From: Octopus sinensis
Taxonomy: Eukaryota
Direction: 5' to 3'
Assembly: GCF_006345805.1 (NCBI RefSeq)
Contig: NC_043015.1
Span: forward strand, 31,000,001 to 31,064,000
Length of the DNA: 64,000 bases
The notes under the pieces were generated by a model. That model ran no database searches, was not told the DNA's origin, and worked only from the letters and a program-made list of their open reading frames with translations. Numbering within the stretch: the stretch's first letter is position 1; each line of letters starts with the position of its first letter. This document shows, in pieces, positions 1-13,070 of the stretch. The translations under genes and the position numbers were made by a program.

Positions 1-245
1 AGAGGGACAATCAGTCATTTCTACCAAAAATATTACTAATCCCACCGAATGCAATTTTTCAAAGAAAGACATTTAAAAATATATAGACCTGTATCACAGT
101 GATTTCATACTTACGTAAGTATGAAAGTTACGTAAGTATGAAATCACTGTGATACAGGTCTATATATTTTTAAATGTCTTTCTTTGAAAAATTGCATTCG
201 GTGGGATTAGTAATATTTTTGGTAGAAATGACTGATTGTCCCTCT
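1..245. repeat. Perfect fold-back inverted repeat (118-bp arms, 9-nt spacer), may extend outside the window
   Basis: 1-118 is the exact reverse complement of 128-245; an internal 24-nt palindrome lies at 103-126. Confidence 0.97.
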
Positions 246-307
246 TAGCGTATGGCGTGTATGTAGAATGCCTCCTGGCATGTATGTATAATGCCCTCTA
301 TATATAA

Positions 308-351
<44 letters not shown>

Positions 352-425
352 CATGGTGTATATGAGTATTTTCCAAAATATGAATATCTTGAGAAATGTG
401 TAAAGTACAGAGTGATTTATCTCAC

Positions 426-507
426 CATATAATTCCCGACAATTCAAACGACTCTGCTAAGACGTAGGACAGGTAGGCCGTAATTATAAGGATGGCTGGT
501 TCCAACA
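426..507 (-). CDS. SLC9A: NHE exon, 82 nt: (V)LEPAILIITAYLSYVLAESFELSGII; gene continues beyond window start
   Basis: ctcctcttttactccag| ... |gtgaga; phase 1 to 2; matches NHE1 [27 protein letters not shown]. Confidence 0.93.
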
Positions 508-918
508 CTGGAGTAAAAGAGGAGCAAATGTTGGGCATTATGTTAACATTACTGGATATAACATATCACAGCAGGCACAGAAAAAAATATAAATATAAAA
601 TCTTGTCACTGTTATGTATACACACACACGCATGCATGTATGTTTGTATGTATGTGTGTATGTATGTATGTATGCATGCATGCATGCATATGTTTGTGTG
701 TATGGGTGTGTGTATATGTATATATTATTTGTTTCAGTCAATTGACTTTGGACATGCTGAGCACCATTTTAAAGGGCTTTTTTTTTACTCAAAGATATCG
801 ACCCCAGGACTTATTCTTTGTAAGCCTAGTTTTTATTCTATCAATCTCTTTTGCTGAAACGCTAAATTACAGGGATGTAAACACACCAACATTGATTGTC
901 AAAAACACACATAAATAC

Positions 919-971
<53 letters not shown>

Positions 972-997
972 ATATATATATAATATATATATAAAAA

Positions 998-1332
998 GGT
1001 AAAGACCCCCTTCGGTCATGAATGACCATGGGATTGCACCTAGAAAGTTACCCTCCTAGACACAAGTCTGGGCAAGGTTGTTTATGGAAGACCAGCAGTC
1101 GCCCATGCATACCGGCCTCCCCTCTCCACGTCACCGATGTTGTCCAAGGGAAAGACAAAGGTCGATACAGCTTGGCACCACTGACGTCGCAACTCATTTC
1201 TACAGCTGAGTGAACTGGAGCAACGTGAAATAAAGTGCCTTGCTCAAGAACACAACACGCAGCCCGGTCCGGGATTCGAGCTCACAACCTCATGATCGTA
1301 AGCTCGACGCTCTAACCACTGAGCCATGCGCC
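998..1332 (-). mobile_element. tRNA(Arg)-like-headed SINE family D
   Basis: ggcgcatggctcagtggttagagcg..ttacgat..ctcgaatcc (A and B boxes), then gtgttcttgagcaaggcactttatttcacgttgctccag. Confidence 0.8.
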
Positions 1333-2001
1333 ATATATATGTATATATATATAAATATACATACATATACATATACATATATACACACACACACACACAC
1401 ACATATATCATCATCATCATCGTTTAACGTCCGTTCTCCATGCTAGCATGGGTTGGACGGTTCGACCGGGGATCTGGAAAGCCAGAAGGCTGCACCAGGC
1501 TCCAGTCTGATCTGGCAGTGTTTCTACAGCTGGATGCCCTTCCTAACGCCATGCCCTTCCTAATGCCGTGCCCTTCCTAACGCCAAACACACACACATAT
1601 AATATATATATATCAATATCTGTATATGTATATAGGTTAGTTGAGTTAGAGGTTGAAATAACCATCTAAGGGATAGAAGTATCCATTACATTACCAGTAT
1701 AATTACCTACATTTAACCATGGGCATACATATGCAAGCATGTGCTCATACGTTCTAGATAAAGTCAAGGACAAACAGGGATTTATCAAGAATCAAGATTT
1801 AAAGGAAACAGAAAATGGAGAAGTACTGACAATAAACAACAACTGACTTACATCAATTATTACTTATTAATTATTATTTGTTAATTCAATGTAAATAGAG
1901 TGCATCCCTAACAGCTGTTAGACGAGATGCAGTCTATTTGCATTGAATTAATAAATAATAAGTCAATTGTTGTTCATCAGTACTTCTCCATTTTCTGCTT
2001 T

Positions 2002-2103
<102 letters not shown>

Positions 2104-2469
2104 TTGCTGTGCAAGATTTTTTATGTGAAGTCGTGTGTTGAAACAGATATTGTTATATTTCGGAATGGTCATTTTGCCAGTTTAGCCAATAAAAACACAC
2201 ACACTATATATTTGGTGTTACTTAGCTTCAGTGTTATTTATTTTTTACATTAATCTTAATCTTATTTCAGCCAGAGTTCTTTCGTCACACTCCTGTGACC
2301 GCATCAGTGGTCCTTTGCTTTCTTCTTTCTTATTTGTGTCTCTCCTTACTAACCGTCAGCCATTTTGTATTTCTATTGTATGTCTTCATTTGCACATGCT
2401 TATATCTCTATGTGCGTCTATGTTTATTTAGTGTGTGTGTGTGGGGGATGCCTGTAATATTTGTATCTT

Positions 2470-2477
2470 CTGTTTAT

Positions 2478-2544
<67 letters not shown>

Positions 2545-2607
2545 ATATATATATATATATGTATGTAAATATATATATATGTATGTATATAAATATAAGT
2601 ATATATA

Positions 2608-2674
<67 letters not shown>

Positions 2675-2680
2675 CAATCA
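2470..2680. repeat. (TA)n block, representative of many (e.g. 9205-9490, 9915-10080, 11280-11400, 14630-14840, 31285-31410, 54855-55022, 57935-58095)
   Basis: Direct reading. Confidence 0.95.
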
Positions 2681-2771
2681 AACATGTGTATAACAATAAC
2701 ATACATGCATATAGGTGTGTGTGTGCATATGTTATATATATATTTATGTATATATGAATATGTAAACATAC

Positions 2772-2883
2772 CATGTTTGACATAGGTGAACTTGCAGGCC
2801 ACTGTGGAGAAAATGCCAATCAAAGAACCCATCAAGGAACTAACTCCAGCACTGACCAAGAACTTGAGGAAGCCGAAACCAAT
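2772..2883 (-). CDS. SLC9A: NHE exon, 112 nt: [37 protein letters not shown](V)
   Basis: ggtcttttctgccag| ... |gtatgt; phase 0 to 1; matches NHE1 IFLGFLSFFVVALGGVLVG...SRFTSH. Confidence 0.92.
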
Positions 2884-3559
2884 CTGGCAGAAAAGACCAG
2901 TCAAAGATACAACAACAACAAAAACAAATATTGATATGATTAAAGCACAAATGAGTGTTTGATTGAATGGTATAATGGGAGAAGGACAGAATGACTGAAT
3001 GGTAGAATGGGCGAATTTGGCCAGTGGTAACTCTCTAGCTCTGACATCAACATGTCTAGGCAAGCCATATTATGAGGCAAGGCAGACAGACCTTATTCAG
3101 TGGTCTTGAGAGGATGTAATATGGAACAAACTGCCGGCATCAGTTGTTATTTGTCGGAGCGCTGCATCCTTCAAAACTCCCATGCTTCCTGAGATTCGCC
3201 AACACTACACCTGATTTTCTCCCCTCCATACACACGCAAGCATGTATCTGACTCATTCATTGTTCGCTTTCCAGACATTTGTACATTACTGCATATACTT
3301 TATACGCACTTTCTGACAAGTTGTGGTGCACCTGAGCACTGTATACAATAATTTCATTATTATTATTATTTATTATTATATAATTGTATTGCTATGCAAC
3401 ACTATTTAATACTATTACTGTACAATACAATGTATTATTGTGTAATACTTAGTAATATTATGCAATCATGACAACACAATACCATATAATATTTGCAATA
3501 CTATAACTTATGCCCTCTATCTCTTTGCATGAAGTTTCTCACTCAGGGGCTGCTGTCTT

Positions 3560-4048
3560 GTACTGTAGGGGATGATGGGCTTTTGGTGGCTAATAAGCCC
3601 AATTCTTGCTCTAAACTGCCTAATGCAAGAACCACATTGGATTGTAGGTGCTGGTTGGAGTTGGGTGCTCTGTCTTTCCTATGATGTGATTTCATTCTGA
3701 TATCCGTTCTTCTGATTTCATAAAAATGTCATATTCCTGCCTCGAGCAAATTACACCAAAACAGTGCATTAGTTGGCTGTCATTTCTCAGGAATTTCAGT
3801 CTATAACCAGTACTCTTTAGAGTTTCCTTCAATCGGTCTTTGAAGTGTCACAGAAAGCATCCACGAGTGAATCCCCCCTTGTTCAGTTCCCCAAATAGGA
3901 ATATCTTTGGGATCCTGTTTTTCTCCATGTGAGTCACACGACCTGCCCATCTGAAGTGGTGCTTGATGACTGCAGCCACCATGCTAATCTGTCCTGCTCT
4001 CTTTAGCTTATCAATGTTGCCAACATAGTCTTCCCATTCAATGGTCAA
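3560..4048 (-). mobile_element. Decayed RTE (BovB-like) LINE C-terminus
   Basis: HFRWAGRVTHMEKNRIPKIFLFGEL...FKDRLKETLK...CGSCIRQFRARIGLISH, with stops and frameshifts. Confidence 0.8.
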
Positions 4049-4357
4049 TATAATCTAATACGATACAATGCTATACAATACTATACAATATTTTTTGATA
4101 CTATTGAGTACTACATAACACTATGTAATATTATGAACTAATATACTGTTTTAGCCTAAATATTATGAGGTCTGTCCCAAGAGAATGTATATCTTTGACT
4201 AAAGTACTGGTATAACTTGAACACATGACCTTTTGGTTCTGTGTACAGTACCTGTAACATGGTTCATAATATCAATGGTCATGATGATGATGATGATGAT
4301 GATAAGGATGGTGGTGGCATTAGTGAGAAAGCAGACAAGTGTCTAGAATCACCTTAC

Positions 4358-4428
4358 ATCTTTACCGGTAATTTCCGGCATCTGATGGAAGTTGTCCATA
4401 ACTCGGTACAGAACCACACTGACACCAT
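4358..4428 (-). CDS. SLC9A: NHE exon, 71 nt: (D)GVSVVLYRVMDNFHQMPEITGKD
   Basis: tatctattttag| ... |gtaagg; phase 1 to 0; matches NHE1 DAVTVVLYHLFEEF. Confidence 0.92.
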
Positions 4429-4484
4429 CTAAAATAGATATGAGGACATAAAGTTACGTTTACAAGTATTGATCACGGTTCACA

Positions 4485-5040
4485 AAAATATAGACATCTA
4501 ACCATGTTGCATAAACATAATTTACAGTATATAGACAACTACACATGGTGTGTATGTGTGTGTATATATATATATATATAGGAAAAAACTTCTTAAAAAC
4601 TCTTAGTAACATATATATATATATATACATACACACACACATACATTTTACAGTATGTAGACAACTAACAGTAAATGGATGACTTCACGGGGTATATACA
4701 CACAACATATAGTTTATAGACATCTAACCATGGTATAAAAACATAATTTACAATATATAGATAGCTACACATGGTATATACATACATTTTACAGTGTATC
4801 GACAGCTAACCAGAGTATGTAAGCACAGTTCTCAGTGTCTGTATGACAACACATGGTTTATACAATTTATAGTTTATAGGCAATGAATCGTGATATATAA
4901 ACATAATTTACAATTTATATACTATGTGTGAATGGTATATAAATATGATTTACAGTGTATAGACAGCTAGCTACTTATGGTGTATGAACATTGTTTACAG
5001 TATATAGACATGTATACATGGTATATAAATGCAGCCTATA
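4485..5040. repeat. Degenerate minisatellite (~40-bp unit acataatttacagtatatagacaactacacatgg)
   Basis: Unit recurs with variation at ~4515, 4740, 4900, 4945, 4995. Confidence 0.65.
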
Positions 5041-6640
5041 GTTTTCAAACATTTTAGAAAAAGCATTATCAGGTATTGGATTTTCCCCTCTTCTTTAGAT
5101 ATATCATGTAGGGCATAACTAGATGCATTGCAATATTTCTTTACAATAAGGTGGTGAGCTGGTAGAATTGTTAGCACACTGGGTGAAATGTTTAGTGGTG
5201 CTTCACCTGTCTTTATGTTGTGAGTTCAAATTCTGCCAAGGTCGATAAAATAAGTACCGGTTGAAGACTGGGGTTGATGTAATTGACTTACTCCCTCCTC
5301 CAGAACTTGTGCCAGAACTTGAAACCAATATTTCCTTACAATGTTGCTATGGCTGCATGATTATGGCTATGCTTTTGTGTTGTTGTATTTCTATGTTGTT
5401 TTTATGACCTTGTGATTAAGAAGTTCACTGTGCATCTCTGTAAATGTAGGTTCAATTCTGCTGTACTTCATCTTGGTCAAATATTTTCTACTTTAGCCTC
5501 AGTTAAACCAAAACCTTCAGTGGAATTTGCCCATTACAATGAATCTGAGTTTCTGGAAGCATAATATGTCTGGGTATGACTTTAAACTCCAGTAGTGGGG
5601 CCCTTGTTCCAGGGTTTTGAGGAATGTGGAGCTACTTCTTATCCATTATTGTTCTCAGATCTGTTCTGACCCAGAGTAATAGCATCTATCTGTGTCCAAG
5701 GCATCAGTTAATTAGCATGTCATGGAAGAAAGTCCAAGTGCAAACTCTCACTACTTTGTGAGTGCCTTGGGAAAGGAAAAAAATAGGGGAATAAATCTCG
5801 ACAGCAAATCAAGGTCTGGAGTCTTTTAGGCAGCCTAGTGTTCTAGTGTCCACTCAGCTGGCAATTTCAGGGTAGGTGGAGCTTTCCAACCTTTAGTAAT
5901 ATTAAAATATAGTAAAATAACTGACCACATGAATTAATGATATTAAAACACATTCAAATACTGACTGTGTATGTAGATAGGATAGTCATATTAAAATATA
6001 TTCAAATTCTGATTGCATGTGTTTTAGTACATTTCCTTTTGTCTTCCTTGGTTAACCTTTTGGTTAGTATTGGGTCAGTATTGGGTCAAGCATTTCTACT
6101 GATCAGTAAACAGAATAGGAGCAAAGTACACACCTAATTATCTAAGTCTTTTGTCTTACATCTTTGACTTACTCATTAATCACTGATATAATTAAGCATT
6201 GAAATTGAATAAAACGTTGATTGTAATGGCAATATGACCGTATTATAATTAGTACACAACAATAACTACAACAAATGATTTGACACCAAATCCCTCGATA
6301 AACACTGGATGTAAAACACAACTGCTATTATATTCAATGCCTCGTTAGTTCTTTGTTTCTGTGCAACAGCTAATTGTATCAGAGTTTATTGACATAGATC
6401 AATAGGCTGATCACCGAAGATGGTGCTCTGGCAGTGTCTCAGCCATGACAACTAAAACAAACTAAACAACCAATGACAGAAGTAATACTCAAAATCTAAT
6501 ACCAGTATAATGGTATGTACAGATAACAATGGTGGTTGATGTAAGAGAGTAGAGGTAATGGTGGGTACAGGTGATTGTGACCACAGTAAGAACATAATAA
6601 TTATAGTGAAATATCATAGTCTTTTTGGGATATTTGTTCT

Positions 6641-6925
6641 CATCATCATCATCATTTAACGTCCGCTTTCCATGCTAGCATGGGTTGGACGATTTGACTG
6701 AGGTCCGGTGAATCAGACTCCAATCTGATCCGGCAGAGTTTCTACAGCTGGATGCCCTTCCTAACGCCAACCACTCCGAGAGTGTAGTGAGTGCTTTTAC
6801 ATGCCACCGGCACAAGGGCCAGTTCGGTGGTACTGGCAACGGCCACATCCAAATGGTGCTTTTTACATGCCACCTGCACAGGAGCCAGTCCAGCGGCACT
6901 GGCGACGACCTCGCTCGAATGTTTC
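6641..6925 (-). mobile_element. SINE family B (RTE-like 3' tail ending (GAT)n); second minus copy at 7023-7152
   Basis: catcatttaacgtccgctttccatgctagcatgggttggac...gatgcccttcctaacgcc plus ~60-bp internal repeats. Confidence 0.85.
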
Positions 6926-7340
6926 ACCATACCTCTGTCACTTTTTCATCAAAAAAAGGTAGTGAATCAATGACTGTTTAATTGGAGATGTGTTAAAAAT
7001 ACTGTTGTTATTTGCCAGTGGTGATCATCATCATCATCATCGTTTAACGTCCGTTCTCCATGCTAGCATGGGTTGGACGGTTCGACCGGGGATCTGGGAA
7101 GCCAGAAGGCTGCACCAGGCTCCGGTCTTATCTGGCAATGTTTCTACAGCTGGATGCCCTTCCTAACGCCAAAAAAATATGAAGAACTACAAACCATATA
7201 AAAAATATGAAAATTGCATCAATGAATCTGTGGAACCCCAGCATACAGAAGATTGAACTAAAGTAAGAATTAACCAGAATAATCTTGTACTCTTAAGAAA
7301 CTAGTGGTAACAAGGGTTACAAGAATGTTAATTCACTTAC

Positions 7341-7416
7341 CATTTAAAAGGGATTCTCCAAAGACCACAATATGCAAAGGTTTATTGACTCCCAATTCAG
7401 AAAACACAGCCAAAAC
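7341..7416 (-). CDS. SLC9A: NHE exon, 76 nt: VLAVFSELGVNKPLHIVVFGESLLN(D)
   Basis: tttttctttccataag| ... |gtaagt; phase 0 to 1; FGESLLND ion-binding motif, with the Asp codon split G|AT. Confidence 0.95.
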
Positions 7417-7734
7417 CTTATGGAAAGAAAAAAAAAATGATATAGATATGTTAGAACAAAATATATTTTTAAATATATCCAAATATTCAACAAAAAAATA
7501 AATGAAATATTTCAAATAATTTAGGCGTTAGTGGCAGGATTTAAGAAATATGCTTTGCAACCATGTGGTTTCAGGTTCAATCCCAATGCATAGCATCTTA
7601 GGCAAATGTCCTCTTCAGATTTTTGTCAATGTTACCTACAGTTGAAAGAATTCCCAACATTTTTACTGGCTTGAAATATTACTCTTGTTCCCAAGAACAC
7701 TGCCTGGGACCAATTAATGATTTTAGAGAAATGT

Positions 7735-7885
7735 ATGGGAAGGGCATCCAGCCGTAGGAACATTGCCAGATCAGACTGGGCCTGGTGCAGCCTTCAGGCT
7801 TCCCAGACCCCAGTTGAACCGTTCAACCCATGCTAGCATGGAAAGTGGACACTAAACAATGATGATGATGATGATGATGATGATG
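7735..7885 (+). mobile_element. SINE family B; second plus copy at 8275-8590
   Basis: Reverse complement of the 7023-7152 copy. Confidence 0.85.
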
Positions 7886-9225
7886 TATGTATAGTTTGTA
7901 TATGGACAGCTTAGCCTTTCCAATAAATAGATTCTGGCCATGTGGAAGGACAATTTCAATGCAGTAGACATCAAACTAGAAATGCAGAATCCAATTACAA
8001 ATATAGAAGAAAGAAAAATTTCGAATTTGTGCCTCAAAGCACAGAGGTCTTGCTGAGAAATTTGAAGAAAATTGTGAAAGAATTGAAAAAATGAAGGAAG
8101 AATTTAAATGTTTTCATGAAAGTTGTCACTCATATCTCGGCCAATAAAGAAAACTTTGAACAATCATAATGCTTTATTTGCTTAAATTCTGGAGACATAT
8201 TTTAGCTCACCAAACCATCATACAGGATTGGAAATTTTTTCTAACAACAAAATTCGAATGGAAATTGTAGTTAAGACACCCGTGCCGGCGACACGTAAAA
8301 AGCACCATTCGAGCGTGGCAGTTACTAGCGTCCGTGTCAGTGACATGTAAAAGCACCAACCGATCGTGGCTGTTTGCTAGCCTGCTCTGGCTCCTGTGCC
8401 GGTGGCATGTAAAAAACACCCACTACACTCACGGAGTGGTTGGCGTTAGGAAGGTCATCCAGCTGTAGAAACACTGCCAGATCAGACTGGAGCCTGGTGC
8501 AGCCTCCATGGCTTACCAGACCCTGGTCGAACCGTCCAACCAATGCTAGCATGGAAAACGGACGTTAAATGATGATGATGATGATGATGAACCTTGAAAG
8601 GATGAAAGGATGAAAGTGGGGTAAAAACTCAGAGTACCAAGGGTTACAAGAACTACAAACCATTTCATCCAACACTCTATAACAAATTTATCAGTTTATC
8701 ACCTAAGCAGCAACAATAATACAACAACCACAACAACATCAGCAACAACAAGAATAATGAACAAACAGGTTGCATGAACTTGTAGTCTTGTTTGTCCACA
8801 ACAAAGAATGATGTGGAGGTTTATTTTTAAACATCTTGAAGCTACCAAGATGTTTGGACTTTGTTATAACAGATAGTGAATATGACACTTTTGTGAAAAG
8901 TAGGCAAATAAATAAATAAATGAATAAACGAATAAAAATCAATATATAAAATAAAGAAAGGAAGAAAGAACCCTCGTGAGGTGACAGGGCAGAATGTTTT
9001 AACTGAGCAGCTTCTTTAAATTACCATCAAATTTTGTTGTTTTCCTTTTTATTAATTTCTTTTAAAGCTGGTGTCAAAATGTGTTTGTTTTTCTCCTTAA
9101 GTCCATTGAGAAATATTTATCATTTGCTTACTATGCAAAGGTCAGACTTTCTTATCTAACCACTTTGATTATGTTATTCTGTTCTTAAAAACATGGAGTG
9201 ACTTATATATATACATACATACATC

Positions 9226-9286
<61 letters not shown>

Positions 9287-9297
9287 ATATATATATA

Positions 9298-9340
<43 letters not shown>

Positions 9341-9355
9341 TATATATATGTATTG

Positions 9356-9389
<34 letters not shown>

Positions 9390-9432
9390 CTACACACCAC
9401 ACATATATATACCTATATATATATTATATACA

Positions 9433-9488
<56 letters not shown>

Positions 9489-9935
9489 TAGCAAACACTC
9501 ATATATTATATAAGAATATACTAATTTATAAGTGTACACACACACATACACATACACACACTCACACACACAGAGTAATGAAGGAAAATTACTACCATAA
9601 TAGTAATCTTCCAGAAGATTGTGGACAATGACAAGCTCCACAAACTAAGAGGGTGACCAGAAACATATTACTGGAATTCAAGAAAATCTGTGTGGCAAGC
9701 AAGATGTGAAATGGGAATTTCAAAAATCAGGTGATTACGGTCCCTGTCAGTATATATCAGTACAATTATGTGCTTTGACTAAAGTATTAGAGCATTTAGC
9801 TCTTATTTCTAGCAATGTAGGTGTTCTAACAGCCTAGTCATATATCTAAAGACAATTATAGTTTTCCTTTTTGGTAACACACATTGCACACTGCTGTCTA
9901 TATTAATTGTTGATATATATATATATATATATATA

Positions 9936-9972
<37 letters not shown>

Positions 9973-10200
9973 CAATATATATACACACACATATAGATAT
10001 ATATATCTATATATATATATATATATATATAATTACATATATACATTATACATACATATATAATATGTGTATATATATATACACACATACATATACATGC
10101 AATCACTTATACATAGACATGCTTCACATATACACATATTTTCACTAATATAGACTCATAAACTCATTTGTACACACACACACAGATACATACATACATA

Positions 10201-10592
10201 CTCTTTACTCTTTACTCTTTTACTTGTTTCAGTCATTTTGACTGCGGCCATGCTGGAGCACCGCCTTTAGTCGAGCAAATCGACCCCGGGACTTATTCTT
10301 TGTAAGCCCAGTACTTATTCTATCGGTCTCTTTGCTGAACCGCTAAGTGACGGGGACATAAACACACCAGCATCGGTTGTCAAGCAATGCTAGGGGGACA
10401 AACACACACATATATATATACATATATACGACAGGCTTCTTTCAGTTTCCGTCTACCAAATCCACTCACAAGGCATTAGTCGGCCCGGGGCTATAGCAGA
10501 AGACACTTGCCCAAGATGCCACGCAGTGGGACTGAACCCGGAACCATGTGGTTGGTTAGCAAGCTACTTACCACACAGCCACTCCTGCGCCT
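10201..10592 (-). mobile_element. tRNA-derived SINE family A, full length
   Basis: Head aggcgcaggagtggctgtgtggtaag...ggttcagtccc, internal (TA/TG)n, (GAGTAAAA)n tail. Confidence 0.85.
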
Positions 10593-10710
10593 ATACATAC
10601 ATACATACAAGATTTTCCAAAATATTTGGTTTCGTCTTGTATGTTTACTTGTATAATTCAGCACTGTGTGACACATACAAGATGTGTGTGGCGGAGATGG
10701 TGGTGGTAGG

Positions 10711-10789
<79 letters not shown>

Positions 10790-10992
10790 TAACCGTACCC
10801 CTTTAGTCACCTTTGTTAATATCAGGTTTATTTGTCTAATAGAATCTTCAGTTTTGCTGAGTTAAGATAATGTGAAATGAGGCTGATTTGATGTGATCCC
10901 TTGATTCCACTAGAAATAGCAACAAAATTATTTCTCTCATGAGTTAAGTTTCAGCTTTACAACTCCTAGGACTTGTTAAGAAGCAAGCCACA

Positions 10993-11278
10993 TCTTTATA
11001 TATAAAAGTCAAGTTGTGTGTCTGTCTCCTATGATTTAGATTCCTTACTACTCCCACATTTTGCAGTGCAGTGTAACCAAAACCGGGTATCTTATAGTCG
11101 TCATTCATATTGAGCCCTTCTGGGCATTAGCGCGCATCTATGATTTAAAAAAAAATTTACCATCATTTTTTCCATTTTAATGCATTTTTTCGCTATTATA
11201 TAAGGGAAGTAACTCTCTAAAAATGCTTATATAGTTATTTCCCTTACAAACCCGAGCAACGCCGGGCGATACTGCCAG
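10993..11278 (+). mobile_element. Non-autonomous Helitron, copy 1
   Basis: A|TC start, GC hairpin cccgagcaacgccggg, CCAG|T end. Confidence 0.8.
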
Positions 11279-11286
11279 TATATATA

Positions 11287-11336
<50 letters not shown>

Positions 11337-11340
11337 TATA

Positions 11341-11399
<59 letters not shown>

Positions 11400-11551
11400 G
11401 TAGCTGGGGCTACAGATCACCATGTCGTGCACACATGATGTGATGTATGTGCTTGGTGTACCCTAATCAGACGGGTGGTCATGATGGGTATACTGGGCTT
11501 TGTATATTTTACCCCAGTGTCATTGTGATAGCATGCACTGCTCTTTCACTC

Positions 11552-11589
<38 letters not shown>

Positions 11590-11601
11590 GCTGCCAATAA
11601 T

Positions 11602-12180
11602 AATACATTGGAAGCTATGCCAACATTATAGAATAACAACAGAAAAAAGATGGTATAGGCACACACCAGAAAAGGTCACAGAAAACGAGAAAGCAACCAT
11701 ACTCTGGGATATGCCGACACACACAGATAGAGAAATTAAGGCCAACAGACCAGATATAGTTGTCAGAGATCATGAAGCAAAAAAATGCTTTCTAATTGAT
11801 GTATCAATACCGGCAGATGACAACGTGTCTCTAAAAGAAATGGAGAAACTCTCAAAATACAAAGACCTGGAAATAGAGGTAACCAGAATGTGGAATCTAA
11901 AAACAGAAACAATTCCTATCATAGTAGGTGCATTAGGCATGATAAAAAAATATTCAGACAAATACATAACAAAAACACCAGGACTTACAAACACATATAA
12001 CATACAGAAAATTGCACTACTAGGCACTGCACACATCCTACGCAGAACACTTTCCATACAATAATCATCAGAGCATCACAACAAATCACAGCACATACCC
12101 AAGGCACACAGAGCTGCGCTCGGTAGTGAAGTGAAAGCACTCTATAAAAAATAAAACTACTGAATAATAATAATAATAAT
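11602..12180 (+). mobile_element. 5'-truncated R4/Dong-clade non-LTR retrotransposon (restriction-like endonuclease domain, 3' UTR, (AAT)n tail)
   Basis: Open frame HWKLC...ILWD...RPDIVV...LIDV...KLSKYKDL...QKIALLGTAHILR; (AAT)n on both sides. Confidence 0.9.
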
Positions 12181-12411
12181 AATGATGATGATGATGATGA
12201 TGATGATGATTATAAAATAATAATAATAATAATAATAATGATAATAATAATAATAAAAGAAATAATAACAATTGTTTCTAATTTAAGCACTAGGCCAGCA
12301 ATTTTGGGTGGCAGGGGTAAATTGATATCATTAACCCCAGTTCTTGATGGTATAACAGAGTTGACCTTATCAATAATAGCAATACAAATAACCATAAATG
12401 CTTTCACTTAC

Positions 12412-12524
12412 TGCAACAGGGTCCACTGCAACAATAAGGGCAGAAAACAGAAATATTTGTGTGAGCAGATGATCTTTTGGAAGATTTAAGGCTGGTGTTA
12501 ATGACAGACCATACAATAGCGGTG
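12412..12524 (-). CDS. SLC9A: NHE exon, 113 nt: (A)PLLYGLSLTPALNLPKDHLLTQIFLFSALIVAVDPVA
   Basis: ttttttctattccag| ... |gtaagt; phase 1 to 0; AVDPVA signature. Confidence 0.95.
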
Positions 12525-12682
12525 CTGGAATAGAAAAAAAAAAGAACAATTTGTTTAATAAATTAGTCAGAGATGGAGGTAAAGTATTCATAGCCTCTAT
12601 TGCTGTCCCTCCATTTTTTTACCTATGGACCCTGGACCCCTTTAGACGGACCCTCATAGCCATTTGATGTTAAAAAAATCCG

Positions 12683-13070
12683 AGGAGTGGCTGTGTGATA
12701 AGTAGCTTGCTTACGAACCCCATGGTTCCGGGTTCAGTCCCACTGCGTGGCACCTTCGGCAAGTGTCTTCTACTATAGCCTCGGGCTGACCAAAGCCTTG
12801 TGAGTGGATTTGGTAGATGGAAACTGAAAGAAGCCCGTTGTATGTATATATATGTGTGAATGTGTGTATATGCTTGTTCCCCCAACATCGCTTGACAACC
12901 GATGCTGGTGTGTTTACGTCCCCGTAACTTAGCAGTTCGGCAAAAGAGACCGATAGAATAAGTCCTAGGCTTATAAAGAATAAGTCCTGGGGTTGATTTG
13001 CTCGACTAAAGGCAGTGCTCCAGCATGGCCACAGTCAAATGACTGAAACAACTAAAAGAGTAAAAGAGTA
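12683..13070 (+). mobile_element. SINE family A, full length
   Basis: Same head, body and tail as 10201-10592, opposite orientation. Confidence 0.85.

Noticed and set aside
998-1332. tRNA-like sequences with A and B boxes (also 58418 and the SINE-A and SINE-C heads)
   Set aside because: No complete cloverleaf or acceptor stem; each continues into a multicopy SINE body.
4358-4366. Alternative donor G|gtaaag at 4366
   Set aside because: Gives phase 1, but the next exon needs phase 0; the donor at 4358 restores the NHE alignment.
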